Source of the DNA: Oopsacas minuta
Lineage: Eukaryota; Animalia; Porifera
Reading direction: 5' to 3'
DNA length: 64,000 nt
Assembly (NCBI GenBank): GCA_024704765.1
Contig: JAKMXF010000321.1
Span: 186,001 to 250,000 of the forward strand
Under the pieces are notes generated by a model that ran no database searches, was not told the origin of the DNA, and worked only from the letters and a program-made list of their open reading frames with translations. Shown here in pieces: positions 32,997 to 45,719 of the stretch (the first letter of the stretch is position 1; each line of letters opens with the position of its first letter). Both the position numbers and the translations under genes were made by a program.

Positions 32997-35900
32997 ATGG
33001 TGGACTTGGCGGGTTTACAGCACAAAGACACAATGACACGTCAGTCAAACTTAGGAGATTTACTTTCTGGATTACACAAAAATACCATTCAAGTGGCTGA
33101 ACTAAGTTCTGAAGATAAATACGATTTAGTTTCAGTTCTGATTGACAATGTTAAGAATTCAAATCCGAGATTAGTTCTTCCTTCTTTGGAATGTTTACAA
33201 GCTCTAGCTGACACCTCCCTGGCTACTGAGCTTAATTTATTGAATAAGAACATCATAGGTAAGAGGATATTGTATTAGTGAACCATGGATAATGGATAAT
33301 CTCCACTGGAAATATTTTCTGTTTAATATAGTGTATACTGGTTATAAGAACATCCTTAGGAGCAGCAATACAGGTTCTTATAACCGGTATAATATACAGG
33401 AATATATGAGTACCGTTATCCAGATGGTGGTGCTTATAACCGGCATACTCTGTATTGTCTTACCCTCGACCTGCGGTTCACATTATCTCAGAATTTGCAT
33501 TACAGTCTATGGAAGAGGGTCCACAGATTGTTAAAATTGTTATAGGGGGATGACCTCCATGTTCCGCTCCTTTTGTTGCCCATCTCAATTTCTATGATCT
33601 CTGGTTCATATTAATCTAAGAAATATTTCAAAAATGCCACATTTTCCACATTTAACACCTTTTTAAGATGGATATTTCATATTTTATCGAAGTTATTTAT
33701 TATTGTTTATTACAGGTGTTTGTCGAGAGAAGCTATCAGATTCTCACGATAACGTCAGACAATCTGTCCTCAATTTCCTGCTGACAATGATGTCCCCTTC
33801 AGTTGGACTAGGCACCCAAGGGGTGTTACAACAACTAGTGGGACCAACTCTTACACACAAGAGTCCTAAAGTCCGAGAAGAGGGATTGAAATTAATCAAA
33901 ACATCTTTTAATATGTTCCCATCTGAATTCAAAATTTCAAGGTAACATACGAAAGTATAGAACAGCGATAAATAGGGTGTTAAGGAAGCCAAAAATGATA
34001 CCAGTGCCTGCCAAATTCCAAGTTAGTTGGGTTCATTTAATGGGACTAGGAATTCATATTCAGTTCCCAGAGGTTCTCCGTTTCCACAGGCCCAGTTTGT
34101 GGAGATTACACTGTAGATATATTTGTTTAGAGTTTAGCTTATTGGACTTAGTAAGGTGATTTAACACCTTTGAAATTTAGGCGAGTAACCACTTGGTGGG
34201 GGCCATTAAACCCGTGAATGGTGTGCCATATTTTGGACCATATGACCTCATGTCCAATTCTCATATAACATAGATATCTACAAAACTAGTTGCTAATTAA
34301 CAAATCGTATCCTTGCTCATACGCTATTTAGCTATCGGCAAACACTTCTGTAGTTATTCCCGTTATTTGAAGTCATTCCAGATTCCCCAAGACTGATAGT
34401 AATAAACAGCCATAAGATGTAAACATCAACATATTTATGGCTGTGTTCGTCACATTTGATTATTGTATTCTTATAATTATAAGATCTTATAAGTTACTTA
34501 TTTCTGAGAATATAATTATTATACATAGTGTAGCCTCCACAAACGAGGCCTGTGGAAACGGAGATAATATACATAGAGCGATATCCTAGTCCCATAGAAA
34601 TGAATCTCCACACCCCACAGGGAAATTTGCAGAAATGAGTAACATTTTTCGTTGTCCCTGCAGTGTAATCGCCACAACCCCCGTTTGTGGCGGTTACACT
34701 ACTATAGTCCAGGGTATATTTCTCCACTCGTATTTATCGTAAGTGGCAGGTTCACAATTTGCCATTCTAACTTATAATTAGCTATAATTCTAATTGCCTA
34801 TTATTTCGTATTTATACTAAACCTTCCTTCCACAACCAATCTATTTCCATCTAGGTATATCCAGCAGATATTCATTATGCTAAGTGACAGTGCTGCTCCA
34901 GTCAGAAACATGGCTACTGATATTCTCATTATGAGTTATATCAAGTTTGGTGATAAAATTAAAACCGATCTTCTAAAGGCTCAAATTCCTGAGGACAAAC
35001 GGAAGAAATTATTGAAAGTGAGTTTTAATTTACTTCTGCTCCATTGAGAAGAACCTCAGTTCATATAGGGAGATACTTTAATGGCATGGAGGTTGCATGG
35101 CGTCCGTCTGTCCTTCCCCACGGCTCTGAAAGTCTGTCCGAATTGTATGAAATGAGTACATTAGGTGATCATAGTTACCAGCCCTTCTTACAAATTTCCC
35201 CGATTTTCATTGTCTAATCTTTCAATATTTTCCATGTATTTTACATTATTCCGTTATTATACCCGAAAATATCCAGAAATATTGGGAATAGCAAAATTTC
35301 CAAAGATTTCTAATTATACCGGTACAAGACGTGAGATAACCTATGGAGTGTGTTTTATATGAGTAAATAATTTTGTGAAGTGGAATTTATCAACCTCCAA
35401 ATTCCCTTTTCAAGATACAATAGACTCCGCTTAATAGGGTCACATCGGGATCAGAGGCCATTTGACCCGATTACCCGGAGTATGCTGTATTAATTTTAAT
35501 TAGGATTTCCAAAATATTGACTCAGATGACACCCCACAAATTCCCAATAATGCCTCCAGCCAATCAGAACAGAAACAGCATGAGGGACTAAGGCCTATGA
35601 TATCAGTAGAAGGACAGCCTATGCTATTCATTGATAATGTGTCCAATAGTTCTTTGGATTCTGAGGAATCTACCAAGAGTGCGCCTATTAAACCAGTGTC
35701 CAATCAAAAGAGGGCAGGAGGTATTCTGTTTATACTATATTTATATTAGTTGTTAGATTTGGGTAATTGGACAGACACCAACACAAACAAACAAACAGAT
35801 CCCATGCTGGGGTCCATGACCCTAGGTGGTCCATGGACGACAGCAGGGGCCCACGGTATCTCAATATTTGTATTGCAATCTATGGGAGGGTCCACAGGTG

Positions 35901-38900
35901 AAAATAACCAACAAATAAACAAACAATCCCATTATAATCCTAGTTAAAATTGAGAGCATATATTCATATTCACACCTTCTAGGCGGTCTAACAGTAGAAG
36001 ACTTTGAACAATCCTTCCTAGAAGTGAATGACGTATACATATCCTCAGAGACAGAGCTTGAGAAACAAATATCTAAATTAATTGCAAGACTAGACGTAGA
36101 ACCTGAAGAATGGGAATCACGTATCACTGCCTTAAAACACCTCCAGGGGACAATTAAGACCTGCACTCCTAAGTATCCCTCTTTCCCCCAGCAGTTACGC
36201 AAGCTAGACGGGTCTATGAATGATTGTCTAAGAGACCTGAGGTCCCAAGTAGCTAGGGAGGCCTGCATAACTCTAGCTTATATGAGTAGAGAAAATGGGA
36301 AATCTATTGAGAAGAGTTTTGAGTATTTGATTACTCCCTTATTGACTATTATACAGAATTCTACGAAGGTTTGTTTACTTGTTTATATGATTGTTTGTTT
36401 ATTTAATTAATACGTTGTTTAGTAGTTAACAAGTTTTTGAGTTGTGTTTTCCTGCCAATTTTCGATTTCCAAAAAATTTATGTATTTTTGTTTGTTCCTT
36501 ATTTGTTTATTTGTTTGCCTATTAATTTACTTATTTGTTTGTTTGTTTGTTTAGATAATTAGCTCATCAGCTGATCTCTGTCTTCAATACTGTCTCCTGA
36601 ACACTCAGACTACTAAAGTAGTTCCTCTAATCTGTAGACAGATGGAATCTAAAGCTGCAATAGTTAAGAAGAGATGTGCTGAATATATTCTTATTATGTT
36701 ACAGAACTGGTCTGTAAGTAAACAAATGAACAACAAACAAACAAACAAACAAACAAACAAACAAACAAACAAACAAACAAACAAACAAACTAACTAACTA
36801 ACAAACTAACAAACTAACTAACAAACTAACTAACAATCAAACTAACTAACAAACAAGCTAACAATCAAACATACAAATACACAAACAAGTATACAAGCCA
36901 AAAAATTCAAATTTCAGTCTGTGCCGACGTATTTTCATTGTAAGTGTCAAAATCGAATTCTACGTCCCTGTTTACCCCTAATTAGCAATCTCTAGGATAA
37001 TTTAGAAATATTGATAAAAAGGTGTGAAACTATGATTAATCATATGATAAATCAGTGGAGTTTATCGATCAATATAATTACAGTCTACATTCAATACAAA
37101 TACATTACAATACAATGCTAATACAATAAATAAATAAATAAAACAAACTAACATTTTATATTTTGTTGTTATTTACATATTTGTTGTTAAGATACCTCCC
37201 TTAAAGCCCCATGAATTATCCCTCTCAGAGGCGTTAAAGAAGGGTCTGACGGACGGAGACCCCAACTGCCGGGAATTCAGTAGAATGGCTTTCCCCTTCT
37301 TCAACAGAAACTTCCCTAATTCTGGATCTAAGCTGCTATCTGGGTTAAGTTCCAATTTACAGAAAACTTTAAGAGAACTGACGCCTGAATCGGAACTATC
37401 TCCAGGATTTGGTTCCTTACTCAAAACCAGAAGTGGTATTCCTAAAATGGGGAGTAGACCTTCCAGTAGACAAGGGTCCGCACTTAGTTTAAGGTAGTTT
37501 GGCGCCTAAACCACTTGCAGTCAACTTTTGACACCTTTTTAACAAGTACATACCTTTCTTGTATTTCTGTTGCTAGGTCTACTGTATCTGAAACTAACCT
37601 CAGAGAAGCAGAACCCCGTACTCCAGCGAGAGAAGAGAGAACTCCCAGGCATAAACTTGACATACCTCCTACTCGTGCCATGACCATATCGGGTCCAAAA
37701 CCTAAACTGAGGCCCGGTCTAGGAGGATTGAGATCCTCTTCCGCTATGAGTGTGGACAGGGAGGAAGGGGACGAAGGTATAAAGAACGACAGTTTTAAGC
37801 TCAGACCTATCACCGGAGGGAGTATGCGTATCAAGAAAAATAGTGAGTTGTTATATATTCATTTAACACAAAGCTGTTTTCACATATGGCCCCCTGCTGT
37901 CTTCTGTGCATCACCAAGGGGTCCATTGGGAACTGTTGCTAATAATATCAGCCTGCACAGCTGGATAATCCTCATATCTGTGTCAGCGACACACTTATTA
38001 CCTTTCCTCAGGGGGTTTTTGAAATATCGCTTAGATATTTGTTAATATTTTATTCACATACCGAATTTCATGTTCCTAACTCTAATCAGCTCCTCAATAA
38101 TCAATAAATAAACAAAAACAAACAAACAAGTAAATAAACTAACTAACAGACAGGCAGACAAACTTTAATTATTTACAGGTTCGAATGCAGTAATACCAAC
38201 TCCAGTTACACCAAGCCAACCTCGTAAGATCCAATCTTTGGCTAATAAAAATAAAACAAGGACCAAGGAGAGTACGCCTGAGACAGGGAGGAGTAATATG
38301 GATGGTAAGACTGATTCTAAGAATAGTAGACGGAGCCAATCAGCTGATTTCTTGAGATCAAAGGAGAGTGAGAAGAATAAGAGGTAAGTAAATCAGAGGT
38401 GTCTAATACGAGTATTTACATACAATTTAGTGAATATTATGTAATTTGAGAATTTCCAATTTAGTCCTGAACCTATTCCATTGGATAAACTCAATCTCCC
38501 AGACCTAGTAAAGCAGATCAAGAGACAACAGTTTGCGGATAAAAAGACGGGGATTGAGGGTCTCCATCAGCTGATTAACTGCGGGGAGTACACATTATCC
38601 CAAGATGAGGTTATGCTATTCAAGGACACGCTTAGATGGTTGTTCCCAGAGTCCCACGCTAAGTTATATGTCCAATTCTTAGACCTACTCATAGACTTCA
38701 TTCAGGTGTTAAAACATTAACATGTACCTATCTCCCCAATCCGAAGCTTTATCTTGCAGGCTTTCTCCTGGGATGCCACTTATTACCAGTTCAGCTGGGG
38801 GTGTTAGCGTCCAACAAAGTGATATCCCAGGAGAGTGCCTGCAAGAAAAGTGTCAGCACAGAATTCATGCATAAGGCCATACTGTTAATGAGAAACTTGT

Positions 38901-41821
38901 TTCAGCTGGATTGACTTTATTCATAGAATATATTATAAATACTAAAGTCAAAGATACTTCTATTGTACCCTAGCTAGTTCATACACCTCTTGGTTGAAAT
39001 ACATTGAGTAAATGGCGACAATAATAACAATAATAAGAATAATGACAATATTAGTGTGGTAGCCAAATCAGATGCGGGCGGTGGAGCTTAAACATGTTTC
39101 CAACTAACAGTGGCCTAAACCTGTACGTATGTAGAATTGACCTCTGAACACACCCCGAGGTTATGAAAGGTGTGAAAACCCTCAGTCCGGACTGGGGGAA
39201 TGGAGTAGACAACAACAAATATGTAAACAATGAATCATATGATTATTTAGGTGTATAAATTGTATGCAGAACAATGGGTAAACTTTATTTTGATGAAGTT
39301 ATTACACAGACTTGGAACTGAAACTATGTCTACTGTTAGAGATAAAATTAATAAAGTTTTAGATGTCATTATGGTGAGTTTGTTTGTTTATTTGTTAGTT
39401 TGTTAGTTTGTTTGTTTACTTGTTTACTTGTTTATTTACCAGCTCAACTTTGATAAAGAGCGTGTCTTCACCAGTTTATGGCGTATACTAACAGACGCTA
39501 CACAACCCCTCAGTCTTAAAGGAAAGCAATCTTACTGTGAATTCCTACGAACCTTAACTAATCATGCTGATGGGACTGTTTTTATGGTATCAGCTGACTC
39601 CGGGCGGGCTTTTGAAGCTTTAGTTAAAATGGCAAACGATCCTAAACCAGAACTATCCCGTCCCAGTAAGAACGCGCTTTCATCACTCTTCACACTTAAC
39701 TGTGCCACATTCAGTTCACTATCTGAAAATATGTCAAGGACAGACAGAGAGATGTTAACCACTCTCATGAGGGACACAAGTGAGAGCCCTCCTGCTGACC
39801 TAGAGGACTTCTCACCTAATGCTAATATGGCGCTAGGACAATTACTAAAAGGTGTGATAATATATACAATCAATTCCCGCTTATATCGAAGTGTGAAATT
39901 GTACAAATATGGTTCCAAAGCGTCAAACTAACTTATACTCCATCAGTTATATCTAAGTAATTACTGCAATCCTTTGAGCTTCAGTAACTGGAGTTGGCAG
40001 TGTTTGTCTATTTCAAATTGTTACAATTTTCCATTTCTTATCGGTGTTACAATGGCCTTCAAGATATGTGGCATTGCCACTTTCATAGGTGTGAAAATAT
40101 TATAGTACAACTCGGATAAGACTTAGCACCTACTATCCGCGTGTACGTCTTTAGCTGAGTACATACTACATTGTAACATCCACATACGGGGACACATGGG
40201 AATGGGGAACTTCTGGAAACGGAGTGAAAATAAATAGAGCGAATTCTTAGTCCTATACAAATGAACCTCCACACACTGGGTAGTATTATTCGGCTCCCCT
40301 AACACCTCGTTTGTGAAGATATTATGTTAATCTAATTAACAGGTTACAGCACAGAATCTGATAGGCGGATCAGTGAACCTGTCCTATTGATACCATCTAG
40401 AGTAAGGAATGATAATGAACAATTAAATAGCAGACGAATTTGCTTGACACCTGTCTTAGGAGGTGTTAGAAAATTTGATACTCAAAAAATGCGGGGAAGT
40501 TCTAAATTCAACAAACCAAATACCTCGCTCGACTCTAAGTAAGTTATTATTATAACATTCTTGTGTGTTGCTATGCAACGTGTATAGATATGTACTGTGT
40601 AGATTCTACTTATCCTTAGTTTTATTGGAACTAATAATGTTTTTTGTTTTTGTTATTGTTACAGAATAAGAGCTGCCAGATCAGAACCTGCTAGTCCGAC
40701 AGATGACACTTTATTGTCAAGTTACTCTCTCCCTCCTGCGAGCCAACTCAGAGCTCTCATGCTAAAAGGTATGTAAATACAACAAACAAACACACAAACA
40801 AACAAACAAATAAACACCCTATTAACTTATAGATCCATCTTTTGAGAACTCATCCTTGGAACCTGAACTAATAGAAGAGTCTCCTTACAGTAATCCCATC
40901 CACTCAGCCATAAAAGAATACCAGATGAGTGAAGTAATGGAAGACAAGGTGTCAAATCTTATACTAATACTAACAATAATACAAACAAATCCTGATGAGA
41001 TATGGATAGATAACATGGAGGTGTTACTCAGGATCGCTATGGAGGCTATGAGACTGTATGAGTTCCCAACTATCACCATTACATCCGTTAGGATTATTAG
41101 AGAGTTCTTAAAGAGAAAAATTCCAAGGATTAAGCAATATACTAAGGTGTGAAGTTGTTATTTATAATTGTGCCATTTGTGTTGAGATAGAATCTAATGC
41201 CTAACCTGAGGTCCCTTGGTGGTAGGGGGTCCATTTTATTGGTGTCTTTTCGACACATTTTGCTGGTAACTCTTTAAAAAGAGCGCTAAAATTCGTTAAA
41301 TTCCTTTTAACTTGTCTGAAAAGGTGTCAGAATCAATTACAGTAATTGAATAATAAAAATTTCACACTTTGATAATCATATCTCTCCAGGAACTGGTCCA
41401 ATTCCTTGTTGACACCTATCCCAACCCAAAAAGTGATATCGCCAGAAGCTGTGAAGAGATTATGAATCACATTGCTGGAAACATCCACCCAGACATCACA
41501 TTTGAGATGTTAGCCCCCACTATCGCGATTGAGCAAAACGAATCTCTCCTCTGCGCCATTGGAAAACATAAAATACTCCATAAAGTGGTTCCCGACACCT
41601 CACAGGCCATTCTTAATGCTCACCTCGCCACTTTTTGCCCTATCCTGATACAAAATTACAAACACCCCGATCCAGCCATCCGCAAAGCAAGTTGTTTCGT
41701 ACTAGTTGTTCTATACCGGAAATTAGGTATGAAAGTATATGAATACTTCAAAGATCTTACGTCCGCTCAAATGAAATTACTAACACTTTACATGTCCAGA
41801 AGTGTTGAGGAAATGAAGTGA
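32997..41821 (+). CDS. CLASP: CLIP-associating protein (CLASP); 16 exons: 32997-33258, 33716-33941, 34855-35017, 35504-35720, 35983-36368, 36555-36713, 37192-37493, 37577-37842, 38179-38383, 38465-38705, 39251-39373, 39443-39851, 40343-40538, 40665-40768, 40833-41146, 41390-41821
   Basis: TOG1 HEAT repeats, TOG2 (EEWESRITAL…LRDLRSQVAREACITLAYMS), S/R-rich linker, TOG3 and C-terminal CLIP-binding domain (HPDPAIRKASCFVLV…KLLTLY). All introns are GT-AG with consistent phases. Confidence 0.9.
33329..33452. mobile_element. pogo-type MITE in CLASP intron 1
   Basis: Closely similar to 31645-31773. Confidence 0.7.
34020..34620. repeat. ~90-bp imperfect inverted arms (34020-34105 / 34533-34615) in CLASP intron 2
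   Basis: CTCCACAAAC…GGCCTGTGGAAACGGAG…CCTAGTCCCAT.AAATGAA in opposite orientations; a third arm at ~40213-40285. Confidence 0.55.
36718..36890. repeat. (AAAC)n/(AACT)n microsatellite
   Basis: Long tetranucleotide run right after the exon-6 donor. Confidence 0.9.
36905..37130 (-). mobile_element. Partial, diverged copy of the ~600-bp repeat in CLASP intron 6
   Basis: GAATTCTACGTCCCTGTTTAC…TCTCTAGGATAAT…ATGATTAATCATATGATAAATCAGTG. Confidence 0.75.
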
Positions 41822-43091
41822 TTTATGACACATTTATCAACCCAATTATTTAGAATCTGACACTCTATGTGGTGAGTGGTGTATTTTTTGTTCAGCCTAA
41901 CTACTGTATTGGTATTTGTTATCTAATTGAAACGGTTTATATATTTCAAAATGTTTAGTTTATGAACAGGGCCTGGGGGCGTTGATTATTCATATTTTAA
42001 CACCCTTGGACAGCTGCCATAACATATAATCACATACTACATATCATGAAAATATTCACCAATTCTCCTAACGTGCTTCTGTGACGTATTATGTCCCAGT
42101 TTCCATGGTTACCTCGTTGGTATTTGTTATGTTCCGGTTTCCATAGTTACCTCGTTGGTATTTGGCTACACTCCTAAGCGAGTGAGGCATTTTTCTAGAG
42201 AGCTACTGTTCTCTACAATCCCATGGGCACATATTGGTATTGATGCCATATATATCTATACAGTGTAACCTCAATGAACAGGGTGCTAGAGACGCCGAAA
42301 ATTGCTACCCCGTGTCTGGAGGATCATTTGTTTGCGACTAAAATTTACTTAATATATTTTTCACTCCGTTTCAAAAATTCCCAATTTCCACAGGGGCCTC
42401 ATTTGTGGAGGTCGCACTGTATTTTACAACAATGCATATACCAAATATTTTCAGGTATTATTTACCTTGATGTATTGTTAGTTCCACTTTCAATTCTATT
42501 TTAAAATAATAGAAACAAATTTTCATGTGCTGTATAGAGTATTTACATATTTTAATATCAATCCTTTTTTGGGTAAAATTCTTCACTTTCAGTTACTTTA
42601 ATTAATATAACAAACTCATGAAAATTTACAAATTATAATTTCTATTTCAATGTGCATATCAGCTGTTTTACAGTGTTTTACAGATTTGGAAATTCCATTT
42701 TAAATGGGCGGGCGTGATACAAAGTATGACAATTGGAGATAGTAAGTTAATTGGAAATATTTTGAATATAAGCTTTTGAAGATTATAAATTTCATACATT
42801 TTGTCAAGGCAACACTTGTAATTTTACATACGCATTATATACAAATTTTCATTTTTGTGTTTTCAACCGTTTTCAATATTTCCCGCAAAAAGAAAAATGA
42901 AAACTTCGAATAATTTTTAGGACCCGCTACAGATATTTTTTGAAAAGTTAAAATATTATATTTTCAATGTCTAATTTGTTTGTTTGTTTGTTTGTTTGTT
43001 TGTTTCTCCAATTTTTGGAATAGTTTGTTTACCAGGGAATATGTAAACAAATTTCAAAATTTTTCATTTATACCCTTAGCTATACAGAGTA

Positions 43092-43844
43092 ATGGCTGGT
43101 CCACAAAGCGATATAGCTGATTGGTTGAGAGATATACCTATTATAACACGCTACTGGTTCCTATCATCTATCGCGGTACCAATTTTAGGAAAAATTGGCC
43201 TGTTACCCCCGGTCTACTTGATCCTATCATGGGATGCGATCACGAAGTTCCAAATATGGCGGTTCATTACGTCATTTATTTTCTACCCAATAAATCCAAT
43301 GACAGGCTTCCATTATTTGATAAATTTATTTTTCCTGTATTCTTACTCTGTCCGTCTGGAAACTGGAACTTTCGAGGCACGTCCATCCGACTATCTATTC
43401 ATGCTAATCATCTTTGCTGTGTGTCTTATTGTCGTTGGTCTCCTCCTCCCCATTTCGCTCCTAATGGACCCATTGATCCTCGCCACTATTTATGTCTTTT
43501 GTCAACTCAATCCGGAAATGATTGTGACCTTTTTCTTCGGAATTCAGTTCAAAGCAATCTACCTTCCATGGATACTAGCATTATTTAATTTTATCATAAG
43601 TGGACAGTTCATTATGGAACTACTGGGTATTGTCGTGGGTCATATTTATTTTTTCCTAAAGTTCAAATACCCCGTCGAATTTGGAGGTCCTGACTACCTA
43701 CAAACACCTCAATTTATACAGAATTTGATGCCTAATAATAGGATGTTAAGAGGAGGATTTGGGAGAGCACCGACACGACAAGAGGAGGCCAGAGGGAACT
43801 GGAACCCCTTCCAAGGGCAGGGGGCAAGATTAGGAGATGATTAA
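43092..43844 (+). CDS. DERL1: Derlin-1, intronless
   Basis: IPIITRYWF, FQIWR, GFHYLINLFFLYSYSVRLE, YLPWI, GHIYFFLKFKYP and the SHP-box-like FQGQGARLG. Confidence 0.95.
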   Translation: MAGPQSDIADWLRDIPIITRYWFLSSIAVPILGKIGLLPPVYLILSWDAITKFQIWRFITSFIFYPINPMTGFHYLINLFFLYSYSVRLETGTFEARPSDYLFMLIIFAVCLIVVGLLLPISLLMDPLILATIYVFCQLNPEMIVTFFFGIQFKAIYLPWILALFNFIISGQFIMELLGIVVGHIYFFLKFKYPVEFGGPDYLQTPQFIQNLMPNNRMLRGGFGRAPTRQEEARGNWNPFQGQGARLGDD

Positions 43845-45371
43845 TTATGTACCTGTTTGTTGTTGTTGTTGTTAAATAAACTTTTAGATTCTATAGTGTA
43901 TATGCTTAATTGTTTGCACGATCTTAAAAATTAAAGTTATTATTTATTTTTATTTTAAGCGGGTTATTTAGCGCTCAATTTAATGACCATGAAATATTGA
44001 ACGCCTATAATACGCGCCTAAATATTTAGGCGCTGAAATGACTAAATTCTCAAAACTGATTGGCTCAGTTGTTATAAAGGCACAATGCATTTAGCTGTAC
44101 TCCGAAATATTATTCAAGTCACCCAAGAAACGAAAATTATGAACTTTTGGGACATGACAAATAAAATCGCTATTATCTTCCAAGGGTCCGCGTCTCCTCC
44201 CCATAGAAGTCTCACTGCAACCCCAGTAGAACTTGTCAGGAGACAAGATTGCAATGAACAAAATTCGTAGCGATTTGACGCGATTGACGATAATTGCTTT
44301 GAATATAACTTATCGTCACATTTCTGCTTTGTATCAAAATAGTAGATTGCATAATTCGCTAGATAGGGACAATATGATTAATTAGAGACAATATTTGGAT
44401 CTAACGTGTCCGATTTAATGGGTGTCAGCTGGATGATATTTTCTAAATACAACAAAGAATAATATATTCAAAATTATTCAATTGGTTGGAATTTGATAGT
44501 ATAGACTTTCAGTTTTGTCTTCAGTTATATTCAATTAATTATTCAAAGTATGTTTCCCTAAATTATACGAATATCTAGTTTTGTATTTGTTGAAGTTTTG
44601 CCCCCACTTATGTGTCGCTTACGATAAAGAACAAGTGGTGCATGTATAGTTTCTTTTGACCACTTTAAAGAGTCCTTAAGTATCAATTGGTACCCGCGAT
44701 CCGCCTCATGGAGACGATTGATAAGAAATTTTTGTGATAACTAATTCTGACATCTTTCTACTTTGATTATTACATTTATTATATGAAAATTTACAATCTG
44801 TGCCAACAATGATATTAAATTGACACAAGTATGTTTAGCTTCTTTGCTCTGTGCGGACCGCGAAAATTGGAACAAAAGAAACACAAGTATAGACGTGTTT
44901 CTTTCGCTATAATAATTGGGTCAGAAACATACAAATAGAGTTAAACAGCTCCAGTCAATCGGATCAACCCCTTATTCTACTTAATAGCTTCAAAATGGTC
45001 TGGTCCCGAAGCCACCCATTCATATACAATTATACATACTTGTAAACCTGAGTGAAGGAAAGCTGGACAAAAGTACTAACATCGCATGACTAGCTTATTT
45101 GCTTTAGACTGAGCTGGACAATTAAGGTTATTGGAAAGTTTTGGCGGGACATTAGTCTCAACATATCCGAAAAGGCGGGACATTCCGCTAAACAGGGATA
45201 GTTGTAATTATCCGCATTTAAACTGAGTCTTTATTTAAGATATTTAGAATAGTTGTCATTCATAAATATTTGAATCAAATTGATGGCAAATAGCAAAATA
45301 ACCGCACTGCAGGCAGAAAGACAAAAACATATATAGATGGTAACTAAGTTGGTGATTGGAATGTAGCATAT

Positions 45372-45719
45372 TCAAATTTTTGGGGGTGAGGCGAGGAAGG
45401 TTCTTATCTTGTACAGCTCAACCTCCCTATGTAACTGGGACTTTTGTTCGGATAGTTTGTCCTTAATGTCTGAAAGGGAAACAATACTATCTTCCAACTC
45501 TTGGAGTTCTCTCTCTTCCAGGGCCTTCGATCTTTCTCGTTTCCTAATCTTCTTAATTCTCTGAACTTCTTTCAAAGTCAAATTAGTTTCCATTAATCTT
45601 TTTCGCAGATCGATACAAGACAGAAAAACTATCTCATCAAGTGTTATACCGAAACTAACTAGAAACTTCAAATCGTTATCCATTCTAATTTGTTTGTTGT
45701 TTCCAGTTTGATTCAACAT
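45372..45719 (-). CDS. Small CNC/Maf-like bZIP protein with shortened basic region (copy 1; likely start at 45683)
   Basis: EHR-like ITLDEIVFLSCIDLRKRL…LKEVQRIKKIRKRERSK followed by a Leu zipper (L-x6-L-x6-L-x6-L); TATAAATA at 45732-45739. Confidence 0.7.
   Translation of the reverse strand: MLNQTGNNKQIRMDNDLKFLVSFGITLDEIVFLSCIDLRKRLMETNLTLKEVQRIKKIRKRERSKALEERELQELEDSIVSLSDIKDKLSEQKSQLHREVELYKIRTFLASPPKI

Noticed and set aside
44090-45020. Coding-like stretches on the minus strand (e.g. LSQKFLINRLHEADRGYQLILKD…; NYAIYYFDTKQKCDD…)
   Set aside because: No recognisable domain or consistent exon chain; could be a decayed gene but I cannot support it.
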